From Acidobacteriota bacterium (GTDB taxonomy: Bacteria > Acidobacteriota > Terriglobia > Terriglobales > Acidobacteriaceae): a stretch of DNA of 64,000 bases. The stretch covers positions 7,259 to 71,258 of the forward strand of contig QIAU01000167.1 in assembly GCA_003225055.1 (NCBI GenBank). The letters are read 5' to 3'. Made by a program: the position numbers and the translations under genes. Within the stretch, counting starts at the first letter, position 1. Every line of letters begins with the position of its first letter. The notes below the pieces were generated by a model. It was given only the letters and a program-made list of their open reading frames with translations, had not been told where the DNA came from and did not search any database. Of this stretch, positions 9,985-17,983 are shown piece by piece.

Positions 9985-10263
9985 ATGATTCATTTCTTGG
10001 TTCACGACCCATCCGACGATGTAGCGGTTGCGGTCGTTGACATCTCCGCCGGCGCCAACTGCACGGGGCGGGATCTCGTCACCAACAAGGAAATCAAGCA
10101 CACCGTCACGCAGGACATTCCGCTCGGGCACAAGTTCGCGCGGCACGACTGCGCCGTCGGGGACACGCTGAAGAAATACGGCACTGAGATCGGCAAGGTC
10201 GTTCACCCCATCAAAGCCGGACAACACGTTCACGTTCATAATCTGAAAACGAAGAGGTGGTGA
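9985..10263 (+). CDS. UxaA/GarD-family dehydratase, N-terminal SAF-domain small subunit
   Basis: 92 aa. GHKFA and HVHVHNL motifs of the altronate/galactarate dehydratase N-domain. GGAAGG Shine-Dalgarno upstream. Confidence 0.75.
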   Translation: MIHFLVHDPSDDVAVAVVDISAGANCTGRDLVTNKEIKHTVTQDIPLGHKFARHDCAVGDTLKKYGTEIGKVVHPIKAGQHVHVHNLKTKRW

Positions 10264-10269
10264 TCGATC

Positions 10270-11433
10270 ATGCAGGCCAGAAAGATCCATGCATACCGGC
10301 GGGAAAACGGAAGAGTGGGCGTTCGCAATCATGTCGTAATCCTTCCCGTCGATGACATTTCCAATGCCGCGTCCGAAGGCGTGGCCAACAACGTGAAGGG
10401 CACGCTGGCTTTGCCGCACAGCTACGGCCGCCTGCAGTTCGGCGAAGACCTCGACCTGTTCTTCCGCACGATGATCGGCACCGGCAGCAATCCAAATGTC
10501 GCCGCTGTGGTGGTGATCGGCATCGAGGCCGGATGGACGAAGCGCATCGTCGACGGCATTGCCAAGACCGGCAAGCCGGTCGAAGGTTTCGCCATCGAGG
10601 GCCGTGGCGACATTCAGACGATTGCCGACGCGTCATACCGCGCGAAGGAATTTGTGCAGTGGGCGACCGAACTGCAGCTAACCGAGTGCGACCTCAGCGA
10701 GCTGTACATCAGCGTCAAGTGCGGCGAGTCGGACACGACCACAGGCCTGGCGAGCTGTCCCACCGTCGGCAACCTGATCGACAAGCACTGCTCCAACAAC
10801 GGCACGGCGTCGTTCGGCGAAACCACCGAGTTGACCGGCGGAGAGCACATCGTTGCTGCGAAAGCCGCTAATGAGACGGTCCGCAAGCAGTTCATGGCCT
10901 CGTTCGAGGACTATCAGAAGCTCGTGTTCACGGAGAAGACCAACGACCTCTCCGAATCGCAGCCGACCAAGGGAAACATCGCCGGCGGGCTGACGACCAT
11001 CGAAGAGAAGGCGCTGGGCAACATCGAGAAGCTCGGCAGGAAGACGAAGTTCGTCGGCTGCCTCAAGCCGGCGGAAGCTCCGACTGGTCCCGGACTCTGG
11101 TTCATGGACACTTCGAGTGCCGCCGCGGAAGCGGTGACGCTGTGGGCCGCGTCGGGCGCCGTCGTTCACCTCTTCCCCACCGGGCAGGGCAACGTCATCG
11201 GCAATCCCATCGAACCGGTGATCAAGCTCTCCGGAAATCCGAAGACCGTCAAGACAATGAAGGAGCACATCGACCTCGATGTGTCGGCGATCCTTCAAGG
11301 CGAAATGACGCTCGACCAGGCCGGCGACGCGCTGATCGACATGGTGGTGCGCACGGCGAACGGACGATTCACCGCGGCGGAAGCTCTCGGCCATCGCGAG
11401 TTCGTGATGACGAAGCTCTACCGCAGCGCATGA
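10270..11433 (+). CDS. UxaA/GarD-family dehydratase, C-terminal large subunit
   Basis: 387 aa homologous to the altronate/galactarate dehydratase C-terminal catalytic region. Starts 7 nt after the small subunit with an internal GAGGTGG Shine-Dalgarno. Confidence 0.8.
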   Translation: MQARKIHAYRRENGRVGVRNHVVILPVDDISNAASEGVANNVKGTLALPHSYGRLQFGEDLDLFFRTMIGTGSNPNVAAVVVIGIEAGWTKRIVDGIAKTGKPVEGFAIEGRGDIQTIADASYRAKEFVQWATELQLTECDLSELYISVKCGESDTTTGLASCPTVGNLIDKHCSNNGTASFGETTELTGGEHIVAAKAANETVRKQFMASFEDYQKLVFTEKTNDLSESQPTKGNIAGGLTTIEEKALGNIEKLGRKTKFVGCLKPAEAPTGPGLWFMDTSSAAAEAVTLWAASGAVVHLFPTGQGNVIGNPIEPVIKLSGNPKTVKTMKEHIDLDVSAILQGEMTLDQAGDALIDMVVRTANGRFTAAEALGHREFVMTKLYRSA

Positions 11434-12545
11434 CCGAGCAGCACACAGTCGAGTTGGCGATTATGCAAAAACGCTTTCCAGCAACTCAGTTACGGAACCT
11501 GGTCGCCGACCTCTCGCAAGCCTTCGGGGTCTCGAAGGAAGATGCCGCGCTGCTTGCGGAAGCGCTGATCGACGCGGATCTTCACGGGACCTCGACGCAC
11601 GGGATCTCGCGGCTGGCGATTTACCTGAAGCGGCTGGAAATAGGCTTGATCGATCCGAAGGCGCGGTTGCAGGTCGATCGCCAGGTCGGCAGCGCGCTGG
11701 CGCTCGATGCCGCCAACGGTCTCGGCCAGGTGCAGGCCACGAAGGCGCTCGACATGCTGATCCCGCTCGCGCGGCAGAACGGCGTGGCGGCGGCGACCAT
11801 CCGGCGCTCACAGCATTTCGGCGCTCTCTCTTATTATTGCAATCGCGCGGCCGCGCAGAATTCGGCTCTTGTCGCGATGACAACCTCCGAGCCGGCGATG
11901 TCGCCCGTGGGAGGCTCCGACGCCTTCTTCGGCACGAACCCCATCGCCTGCTCGTTCCCAACCGGCAAGGGATATCCGATCAAGGTTGACCTGGCGACGT
12001 CGAAAGTCGCGCGCGGCAACATCATCGCCGCCAGCAGAAAGAATGCGGCGATTCCCGACGATTGGGCGTTCGATGTCGACGGCCAGCCCACCACGGATCC
12101 GCACAAGGCGCTGCTGGGTACGGTAGCGACGATGGCCGGCCACAAGGGTTACGCGCTCGCGCTGATGGTCGAGATGTTCAGCAGCGTGTTGTCTGGCGCC
12201 GCCATCGGGCCGGACATCGGCTCAATGTACAAGAACCTCGATCGCGCGCAGAACGTCGGACATTTCTTCCTGCTTATCAACATCGGCGCGTTCATGGACC
12301 GCGAGCAGTTCATCGAACGCGTGGACGCGACCATCGACCGGCTCAAGTCGGGCCGGAAGCGGCCGGGAACAGACGAGATTCTCATCCCGGGCGAAACCTC
12401 CTCGCGCACCGCGAAGAAGAACAGCGAAGTGGGCGTTGCCGTTTCCGAGGAGACGCTGGCAGAACTCGAACAATGGTGCGCGCAGTTGCACGTGCCGTTT
12501 GCCATCAACTCAATCGAGTGCAGGGATATATGCGCGATATCTTGA
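11430..12545 (+). CDS. Ldh_2-family (malate/L-lactate/sulfolactate-type) NAD(P)H-dependent oxidoreductase
   Basis: Real start [16 protein letters not shown] at ATG 11430 overlaps the upstream TGA (ATGA). Family motifs include [11 protein letters not shown] and [12 protein letters not shown]. The track ORF 11142.. carries a spurious N-terminal extension. Confidence 0.8.
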   Translation: MTEQHTVELAIMQKRFPATQLRNLVADLSQAFGVSKEDAALLAEALIDADLHGTSTHGISRLAIYLKRLEIGLIDPKARLQVDRQVGSALALDAANGLGQVQATKALDMLIPLARQNGVAAATIRRSQHFGALSYYCNRAAAQNSALVAMTTSEPAMSPVGGSDAFFGTNPIACSFPTGKGYPIKVDLATSKVARGNIIAASRKNAAIPDDWAFDVDGQPTTDPHKALLGTVATMAGHKGYALALMVEMFSSVLSGAAIGPDIGSMYKNLDRAQNVGHFFLLINIGAFMDREQFIERVDATIDRLKSGRKRPGTDEILIPGETSSRTAKKNSEVGVAVSEETLAELEQWCAQLHVPFAINSIECRDICAIS

Positions 12546-13507
12546 TTTCGGAGAACATCACCGGGGCCGCCGTGGACCGACTGGCAGCACGTTTCGATGT
12601 ACTGTACCTGCCGGAGCTCTGGAAGGACCCGGAGGCGCTGGCGGAACACATGCGCGATGTCCGTGCCCTGATGGTGCGCAACCAGACGCGTGTCACACGA
12701 GAGCTCTTGTGCACGTCTCCCGAATTGCTCGTCGTCTCGCGAGCCGGCGCGGGACTGGACAACATCGACGTCGAGGCTGCGACCGAAGCCGGCGTACTTG
12801 TCACCTACGCTCCGGACCAGAATTCGATCAGCGCGGCCGAGCACACACTCGCGTTGTTGCTGGCATTGATGCGCCGCATTCCCGCCGCCGATGGCGACAC
12901 GAAAGCCGGTGGGTGGAACCGCAAACGCTTCTTCGGCCACGAAATTTACGGAAAGACGCTCGGCATCATCGGCCTGGGAAAAATCGGCTATCTCACGGCG
13001 GCGCGCGCGCAAGCTTTCGGCATGAAGATTCTCGCCTGGGACCCGCAGCTCAGCCGCGACAACGTCTATCTAGCGCAGCTCAATGCCGAGCTAGTCGGCC
13101 TGGATGAATTGCTGTCGCGCGCCGACGTCGTCTCCTGCCATGTGCCTTCGAATCCGCAGACGGCCGGCATGTTGAACCGGCAACACTTCGCAACGATGAA
13201 GCCGACGGCCTGCATCATCAACACGTCGCGCGGAGAAATCATCAACGAAGCGGACTTGGTCGATGCGCTCAAGTCGGGCAAGATTGCCGGCGCGGCGCTC
13301 GATGTTCGCGCCAACGAGCCGCCGAGCAAAAGCGAACTCGAGTCGCTGCCGAACGTCATCCTCACACCGCACATCGCGGCATTCACCGACGAGGCCCAGG
13401 AGCGCGTGACGAGCGCCGTATGCGAGGACGTGGCGCGCGTTCTCGAAGGAAAGTCGCCGCAGTACCCGGCCAATCGCCCAGGCACGCGTCCCACAGTCCT
13501 GGCCTGA
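12530..13507 (+). CDS. D-isomer-specific 2-hydroxyacid dehydrogenase (phosphoglycerate/glyoxylate reductase-like)
   Basis: [12 protein letters not shown]... start at ATG 12530, 16 nt inside the upstream gene. NAD-binding GIIGLGKIGYLTA and the catalytic R/E/H triad region PHIAAFTDEA. Confidence 0.85.
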   Translation: MRDILISENITGAAVDRLAARFDVLYLPELWKDPEALAEHMRDVRALMVRNQTRVTRELLCTSPELLVVSRAGAGLDNIDVEAATEAGVLVTYAPDQNSISAAEHTLALLLALMRRIPAADGDTKAGGWNRKRFFGHEIYGKTLGIIGLGKIGYLTAARAQAFGMKILAWDPQLSRDNVYLAQLNAELVGLDELLSRADVVSCHVPSNPQTAGMLNRQHFATMKPTACIINTSRGEIINEADLVDALKSGKIAGAALDVRANEPPSKSELESLPNVILTPHIAAFTDEAQERVTSAVCEDVARVLEGKSPQYPANRPGTRPTVLA

Positions 13508-13509
13508 AG

Positions 13510-14820
13510 CTAAGATTCGGCGGCGCGCTCAAACCGGTGCCGCTGTCCGATCGCGAGCAGAGCGATCGTCCCGATCAGCGGCATCACGGCGGCGATCAGG
13601 AAGACCGGCGTGTACGACACGCGGTCGACCAGGAATCCGGTCAGCAGCGGAAACACCAGCCCACTCAGTCCCCCTGCCACACCGCTTAAGCCGGTGACGC
13701 GCCCGACTGCGTTCTCGCCGAACAGGTCCGTGATCGCGCCGTACATGTTGGCCGACAGGAAGTTGTGCCCGAAGATCGCGATGCTCATCAGAGAAAACAG
13801 CATGAGCGTGTTGTGGTAGAAGGGAACCGCGAAGCTCGCCAGGCACATCAGGCTGCTGCTGTACATGGTGATCCGGCGGACATCGAATTGGCCCGCGCCG
13901 CGCCGCTGCAGCCATCCGGCCGACCAGCCACCCGCCACTCCTCCTACGCTGCCGAGAAAGAAGGGAATCCACGACATCGCGCCGATGCGAGTCATCGACA
14001 TCTTCTCCGCGCTGTAGAGGAAGCTCGGCAGCCAGTACCAGTAGAACTGAATCACCGGGCCAACGAAGGAGCGACAGAGCATGACTGCCCACGCCGCGCG
14101 CTGGCCGATCAGTGTCTTGAGCGGGACCTGCGGGACCTCGGCTGTTGCCTGCGTCTGCGCGGGATTGCGGTAGACGAGCCACCACAGGACGACCCAGATT
14201 GCGCCGAGTCCGGCCGGCACGAGAAACGCCGTTCGAAAACCGTAATGTTGTGCGAGATAAACGATGAGGGGCGGCGCGACCACCGACCCGATCACGCTGC
14301 CGCTGTTGAAGATGCCGATCGCCAGCGTGCGGTCCTGCACGGGGAACCACTGCGAGACAGTTTTCATGCCGCCGGAGTAGTTCCCGCACTCGCTGCTTCC
14401 CATCCAGAAGCGCGTCAACCCAAGTTGGGCTCCCGAGCCGACGAAAGCCTGCGCACCGGTTGCGCTGGACCACAGCAGCACGGCGGAGAACAGGCCGAGC
14501 CGGCATCCGAACCGGTCCATAATCCAGCCCATCGGCAGCTCGCCGGTCATCATGCCGAACTGAAATGCGGCGACTATCCGGCCGTAGGCTTCGTTCGAGA
14601 GATGGAACGCGGCGCGAATCAGCGGCGCCAGCACCGAGACAGTTTGCCGGTCGATGAAGTTGATGACGGTGATCGTGAACAGCAGAGCGAGGATGAGTCC
14701 GCGCCGCGACCACCATCCCGTCGGCACGGGACTCCGGTTCTTAGGGTTCGTCGTCGCTGGAGGTTCCGAGAGCGACGGGTGATCGATTTGATTTTGCGTG
14801 CCGGTAGGTCTCCTAGACAT
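13510..14820 (-). CDS. MFS transporter, ACS-family hexuronate/sugar-acid transporter-like
   Basis: 12-TM profile. INFIDRQ and GMMTGELPMGW motifs typical of ExuT/phthalate-permease-type MFS. Probable start MSRRPTG at 14820, with an alternative upstream start at 14892. Divergent from the second GH2 gene. Confidence 0.8.
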   Translation of the reverse strand: MSRRPTGTQNQIDHPSLSEPPATTNPKNRSPVPTGWWSRRGLILALLFTITVINFIDRQTVSVLAPLIRAAFHLSNEAYGRIVAAFQFGMMTGELPMGWIMDRFGCRLGLFSAVLLWSSATGAQAFVGSGAQLGLTRFWMGSSECGNYSGGMKTVSQWFPVQDRTLAIGIFNSGSVIGSVVAPPLIVYLAQHYGFRTAFLVPAGLGAIWVVLWWLVYRNPAQTQATAEVPQVPLKTLIGQRAAWAVMLCRSFVGPVIQFYWYWLPSFLYSAEKMSMTRIGAMSWIPFFLGSVGGVAGGWSAGWLQRRGAGQFDVRRITMYSSSLMCLASFAVPFYHNTLMLFSLMSIAIFGHNFLSANMYGAITDLFGENAVGRVTGLSGVAGGLSGLVFPLLTGFLVDRVSYTPVFLIAAVMPLIGTIALLAIGQRHRFERAAES

Positions 14821-14884
14821 GTTTTTGGAAGCCGTGATAGAGGTACCTCGATGGAGGAAGCAGCGAGCCAACAAAGTATCTACC

Positions 14885-14902
14885 GATTGCAATCGATTGA
14901 CA
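14885..14902. promoter_or_regulatory. Extended palindrome CCGATTGCAATCGATTGACA (two overlapping CAATCG/CGATTG palindromes) in the MFS/GH2 divergent promoter
   Basis: CGATTGCAATCG (12-bp palindrome) overlaps CAATCGATTG (10-bp palindrome) about 70 bp upstream of the MFS start. Shares its core with the sites at 2357 and 5081. Confidence 0.45.
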
Positions 14903-15013
14903 ACCAGTTCTCATACTCGTGTGTACTTGCGGCGCTGGCCCCTGGACCAACGCAGTACCCTGAAGAAGGGCGATCGCAGGCGAAAAGGGCGTCGCCGACA
15001 TTTCCCGCAGCGC

Positions 15014-15451
15014 ATGTTCCTCGAGTTCCTGCTGCCGAAACGGGAGCCGCTGATCCGGCTGAACTTCTACTGGTTCACCAAGCCAGCGACGCGTCTCCCG
15101 GAAGCGCTCTGGCTGTCGTTCCGTCCGATTGCGACTTCCCAGCAGGGGTGGACGCTGGATAAATGCGGCGAGGAGATCTCGCCGTTCGACGTTGTGCCTT
15201 CCGGCAACCCCCAGATGCACGCCGTGGAGCGCGGCTTCCGCTACCGCGAGCAGCAGCACGAGTTTTCCGTCGAGCTGCTCGACGTGCCGCTAATCGCGTT
15301 CGGCGAGATGTCGCCGCTGAGTTTCTCGCGATCTCAGCCGGACCCCTCGGCGGGCATTCACTGCAGCTTGTTCAACAATGCGTGGGGAACGAACTACGTG
15401 CAGTGGTTCAGCGAGGACATGCGGTGCCGCTTTGTCATCCGCGCGTCATGA
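15014..15451 (+). CDS. Orphan 146-aa coding segment, either a standalone protein or the C-terminal remnant of a larger gene
   Basis: Strong high-GC3 codon signature from about 15014 to the stop at 15451 (…SLFNNAWGTNYVQWFSEDMRCRFVIRAS). The upstream part of the track ORF (from 14798) is low-complexity and Arg/Lys-rich and overlaps the MFS promoter. No clear Shine-Dalgarno. Confidence 0.35.
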   Translation: MFLEFLLPKREPLIRLNFYWFTKPATRLPEALWLSFRPIATSQQGWTLDKCGEEISPFDVVPSGNPQMHAVERGFRYREQQHEFSVELLDVPLIAFGEMSPLSFSRSQPDPSAGIHCSLFNNAWGTNYVQWFSEDMRCRFVIRAS

Positions 15452-15511
15452 GTGGAAGGCGCACTGTTGCACCTGAGGCTCTTTTAAAGCGCGTCGCTGG
15501 TTATTGCAGAT

Positions 15512-17962
15512 ATGAATCGAGATTGCTCAGAAACACGAAACAAAAATTCGCATGCGCGTCCCGCGCTGTCGCGGCGGGAGTTCGTCCGTAGCGGTGCCCT
15601 CGGCGCAGCGGCGCTGGCGCTGACGCCAGTGTTGCAATGGCAGAACACGGCAGCCGAACTGGGGTCGGAAGTTTTCGGCCCTGCCAGGTGGATTTTGCCG
15701 TTTGACCGCGACTGGCAGTTTGGCGGACGGGTAAATCCCTCGACCGGTATCGCGAACGATGAGGAACGCAAGTTTGTCCCCGTCACGCTGCCGCATTCCG
15801 TCGTGAGGCTCTCGTGGCAGAACTGGGACCCCGCGGCATGGGAACACGGGTGGATCTATCGCCGGCGATTCACGATTCCGCAGGAGTTCAAACGCTCGCG
15901 AGTCTTTCTCCAGTTCGACGGCGTGATGGTCGGCGCGACTCCCGCGATTAACGGCCACGAGCTGCCGCCGCACCTCGGCGGATATCTGCCGTTCGAGTAC
16001 GAACTCACACAATGGCTGAAGCACGGCGACAACGTCTTCGCTGTCACTGTCGATTGCCGCTGGAGCAACGTGCCTCCTGAGGGTTCGCCGCAGGGACCGA
16101 AGCGCGTTGACTATCTCGAACTGGGCGGCATCTACCGGTCAGTGTGGCTCAAAGCCGTGCCGCAGATTTTCGTTCGCGACGTCTTCGCCAAGCCGGTGCA
16201 GGTGCTGGATCCGAATCGCCGCGTCTTGGTCTCATGCACGATCGATGCCGCTGCAGTCGAGAGGCGCGTGGATGTTCAGGTCGAAATGCGGAACGGCTCG
16301 CGCGTGGTCGCTCGCGCCCGTCAGGCAGTAGCCATCGACAAGCCGGGCCAGAAGCAACTGGCGCTCACGTTGGAGAAGCTCGGCAACGCCACCCTGTGGG
16401 ACGTCGACTCGCCCCGTCTCTACGACGTCGTCACAACGCTGCTCGTGGACGGCAAACCCGTGCACGACTACCGCGTCCGCATCGGCTTGCGGGACGCGCG
16501 ATTCGAGCTGAACGGCTTATTCCTGAACGGCCGCCGCTTGCAGCTATTCGGATTGAATCGTCATGAGATTTATCCGTACGTCGGCGGCGCAATGCCGCCG
16601 CGCGTCATGCGCCGCGACGCGGACATGCTTCGCAGCGATTTTCACTGCAACATCGTGCGCTGCTCACACTACCCGCAGTCGGAAGCGTTCCTCAACGCCT
16701 GCGACGAACTCGGCCTGATGGTCTGGGAGGAGACTCCCGGCTGGGGCTACCTCGGCGACGACGGGTGGAAAGAGCTGCTCGTGCGCGATGTGCGCGACAT
16801 GATCATCCGCGACCGCAACCATCCGGCGATCGTCATCTGGGGCGTGCGCGCAAACGAAAGTGCCAACGACGTTCCCCTGTACCGCCGCACAACGGAACTC
16901 GCTAAGCAGCTCGACGACTCCCGCCCGGATTCCGGGTCCATGACTTCGGGGTCGCGCAAGAACTGGCAACAGGATTGGCACGAAGACGTTTTTGCCTACG
17001 ACAACTACCGCGCGGAGTCCGACGCCAGCGTCGCCATTGACGACCCAGTGGAGGGCGTGCCGTACATGCTCGCGGAAGCGGTCGGACAATTCAACTACAC
17101 GAACCGGAAAGGATTCGACAGCTACTATCGCCGCGCGGGTGACCTGCCGACTCAGCAGGTGCAGGCTGTCCGCCATGCGCAGGCGCACAGCCGCGCGGCC
17201 GCCAATCCCGGGATCTGCGGCGTCATCGCCTGGTGCGCCTTCGATTACGCCAGCCTCGTCAATTCCTACAACACGGTGAAGACGCCCGGTGTCGCCGATG
17301 TCTTCCGCATCCCGAAGCTCGGAGCGTCGTTCTACCTCGCGCAGGGCGATCCGAAAATCCGTCCCGGCATCTACCCGAGTTTCTATTGGGACTTCGGTCC
17401 GCACTCGCCGAGCGGGCCAGGTAAGCACGCGGCGATCTTCTCCAATTGCGACCGGCTCGAGCTGTATGTCGCGGGGCAGCATCGCTCGACGCTCGCTCCC
17501 GACGTCGCCAACTTCCCGCACCTGAACCACGCGCCGTTCTTCGCGGACCTCGAACTCGACGGCGCTGCGCATCCCGAACTTCGCATCGACGGCTACGTTG
17601 GAGATCGCTTGGTGCTCTCGCGCTCATTCTCGTCCGATCCCGCCGCCGATCAGTTCTTCGTGGCCGCTGACGATCACGCGCTCACCGGCGACGGCGCGGA
17701 CTCAACCCGCGTTGTGTTCAAGGTCGTGGACAAGTATGGTGCCGATCGCGCCTTTGGCGGCGGCCAGGTCACGTTTTCAATCGACGGCCCCGCAGTCATG
17801 GTCGGTGACAACCCGTTCTCGCTCGTTGACAGCGGAGGCGTCGGTGCGATCTGGGTTCGCACAATCTCGAATGGGCGGGGGAAGGTCCGCGTCTCCGCAA
17901 GGCACTCCTCCCTCGGTGAAAAGATCGTAGAAATCGATGTCGGAGCCGCGCGAAGAATGTAG
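15512..17962 (+). CDS. Glycoside hydrolase family 2 (beta-galactosidase/beta-mannosidase-like) with Tat signal
   Basis: 816 aa. Twin-arginine signal SRREFVRSGALGAAALALTP, then DRDWQF. GH2 catalytic region HCNIVRCSHYPQSEAFLNACDELGLMVWEETPGW. Confidence 0.85.
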   Translation: MNRDCSETRNKNSHARPALSRREFVRSGALGAAALALTPVLQWQNTAAELGSEVFGPARWILPFDRDWQFGGRVNPSTGIANDEERKFVPVTLPHSVVRLSWQNWDPAAWEHGWIYRRRFTIPQEFKRSRVFLQFDGVMVGATPAINGHELPPHLGGYLPFEYELTQWLKHGDNVFAVTVDCRWSNVPPEGSPQGPKRVDYLELGGIYRSVWLKAVPQIFVRDVFAKPVQVLDPNRRVLVSCTIDAAAVERRVDVQVEMRNGSRVVARARQAVAIDKPGQKQLALTLEKLGNATLWDVDSPRLYDVVTTLLVDGKPVHDYRVRIGLRDARFELNGLFLNGRRLQLFGLNRHEIYPYVGGAMPPRVMRRDADMLRSDFHCNIVRCSHYPQSEAFLNACDELGLMVWEETPGWGYLGDDGWKELLVRDVRDMIIRDRNHPAIVIWGVRANESANDVPLYRRTTELAKQLDDSRPDSGSMTSGSRKNWQQDWHEDVFAYDNYRAESDASVAIDDPVEGVPYMLAEAVGQFNYTNRKGFDSYYRRAGDLPTQQVQAVRHAQAHSRAAANPGICGVIAWCAFDYASLVNSYNTVKTPGVADVFRIPKLGASFYLAQGDPKIRPGIYPSFYWDFGPHSPSGPGKHAAIFSNCDRLELYVAGQHRSTLAPDVANFPHLNHAPFFADLELDGAAHPELRIDGYVGDRLVLSRSFSSDPAADQFFVAADDHALTGDGADSTRVVFKVVDKYGADRAFGGGQVTFSIDGPAVMVGDNPFSLVDSGGVGAIWVRTISNGRGKVRVSARHSSLGEKIVEIDVGAARRM

Positions 17963-17983
17963 CAGAATGCGTCGTTTGGCTCT

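Noticed and set aside
13765-15162. 465-aa + strand ORF opposite the MFS transporter
   Set aside because: Antisense shadow of the MFS gene. Low-complexity R/E/D/A composition.
15451-15530. AATCGAGATTG near the GH2-2 start as a fourth operator copy
   Set aside because: Imperfect (insertion in the palindrome) and it lies within the start codon region (ATGAATCGAGATTGC encodes MNRDC), so it is more likely coincidental.
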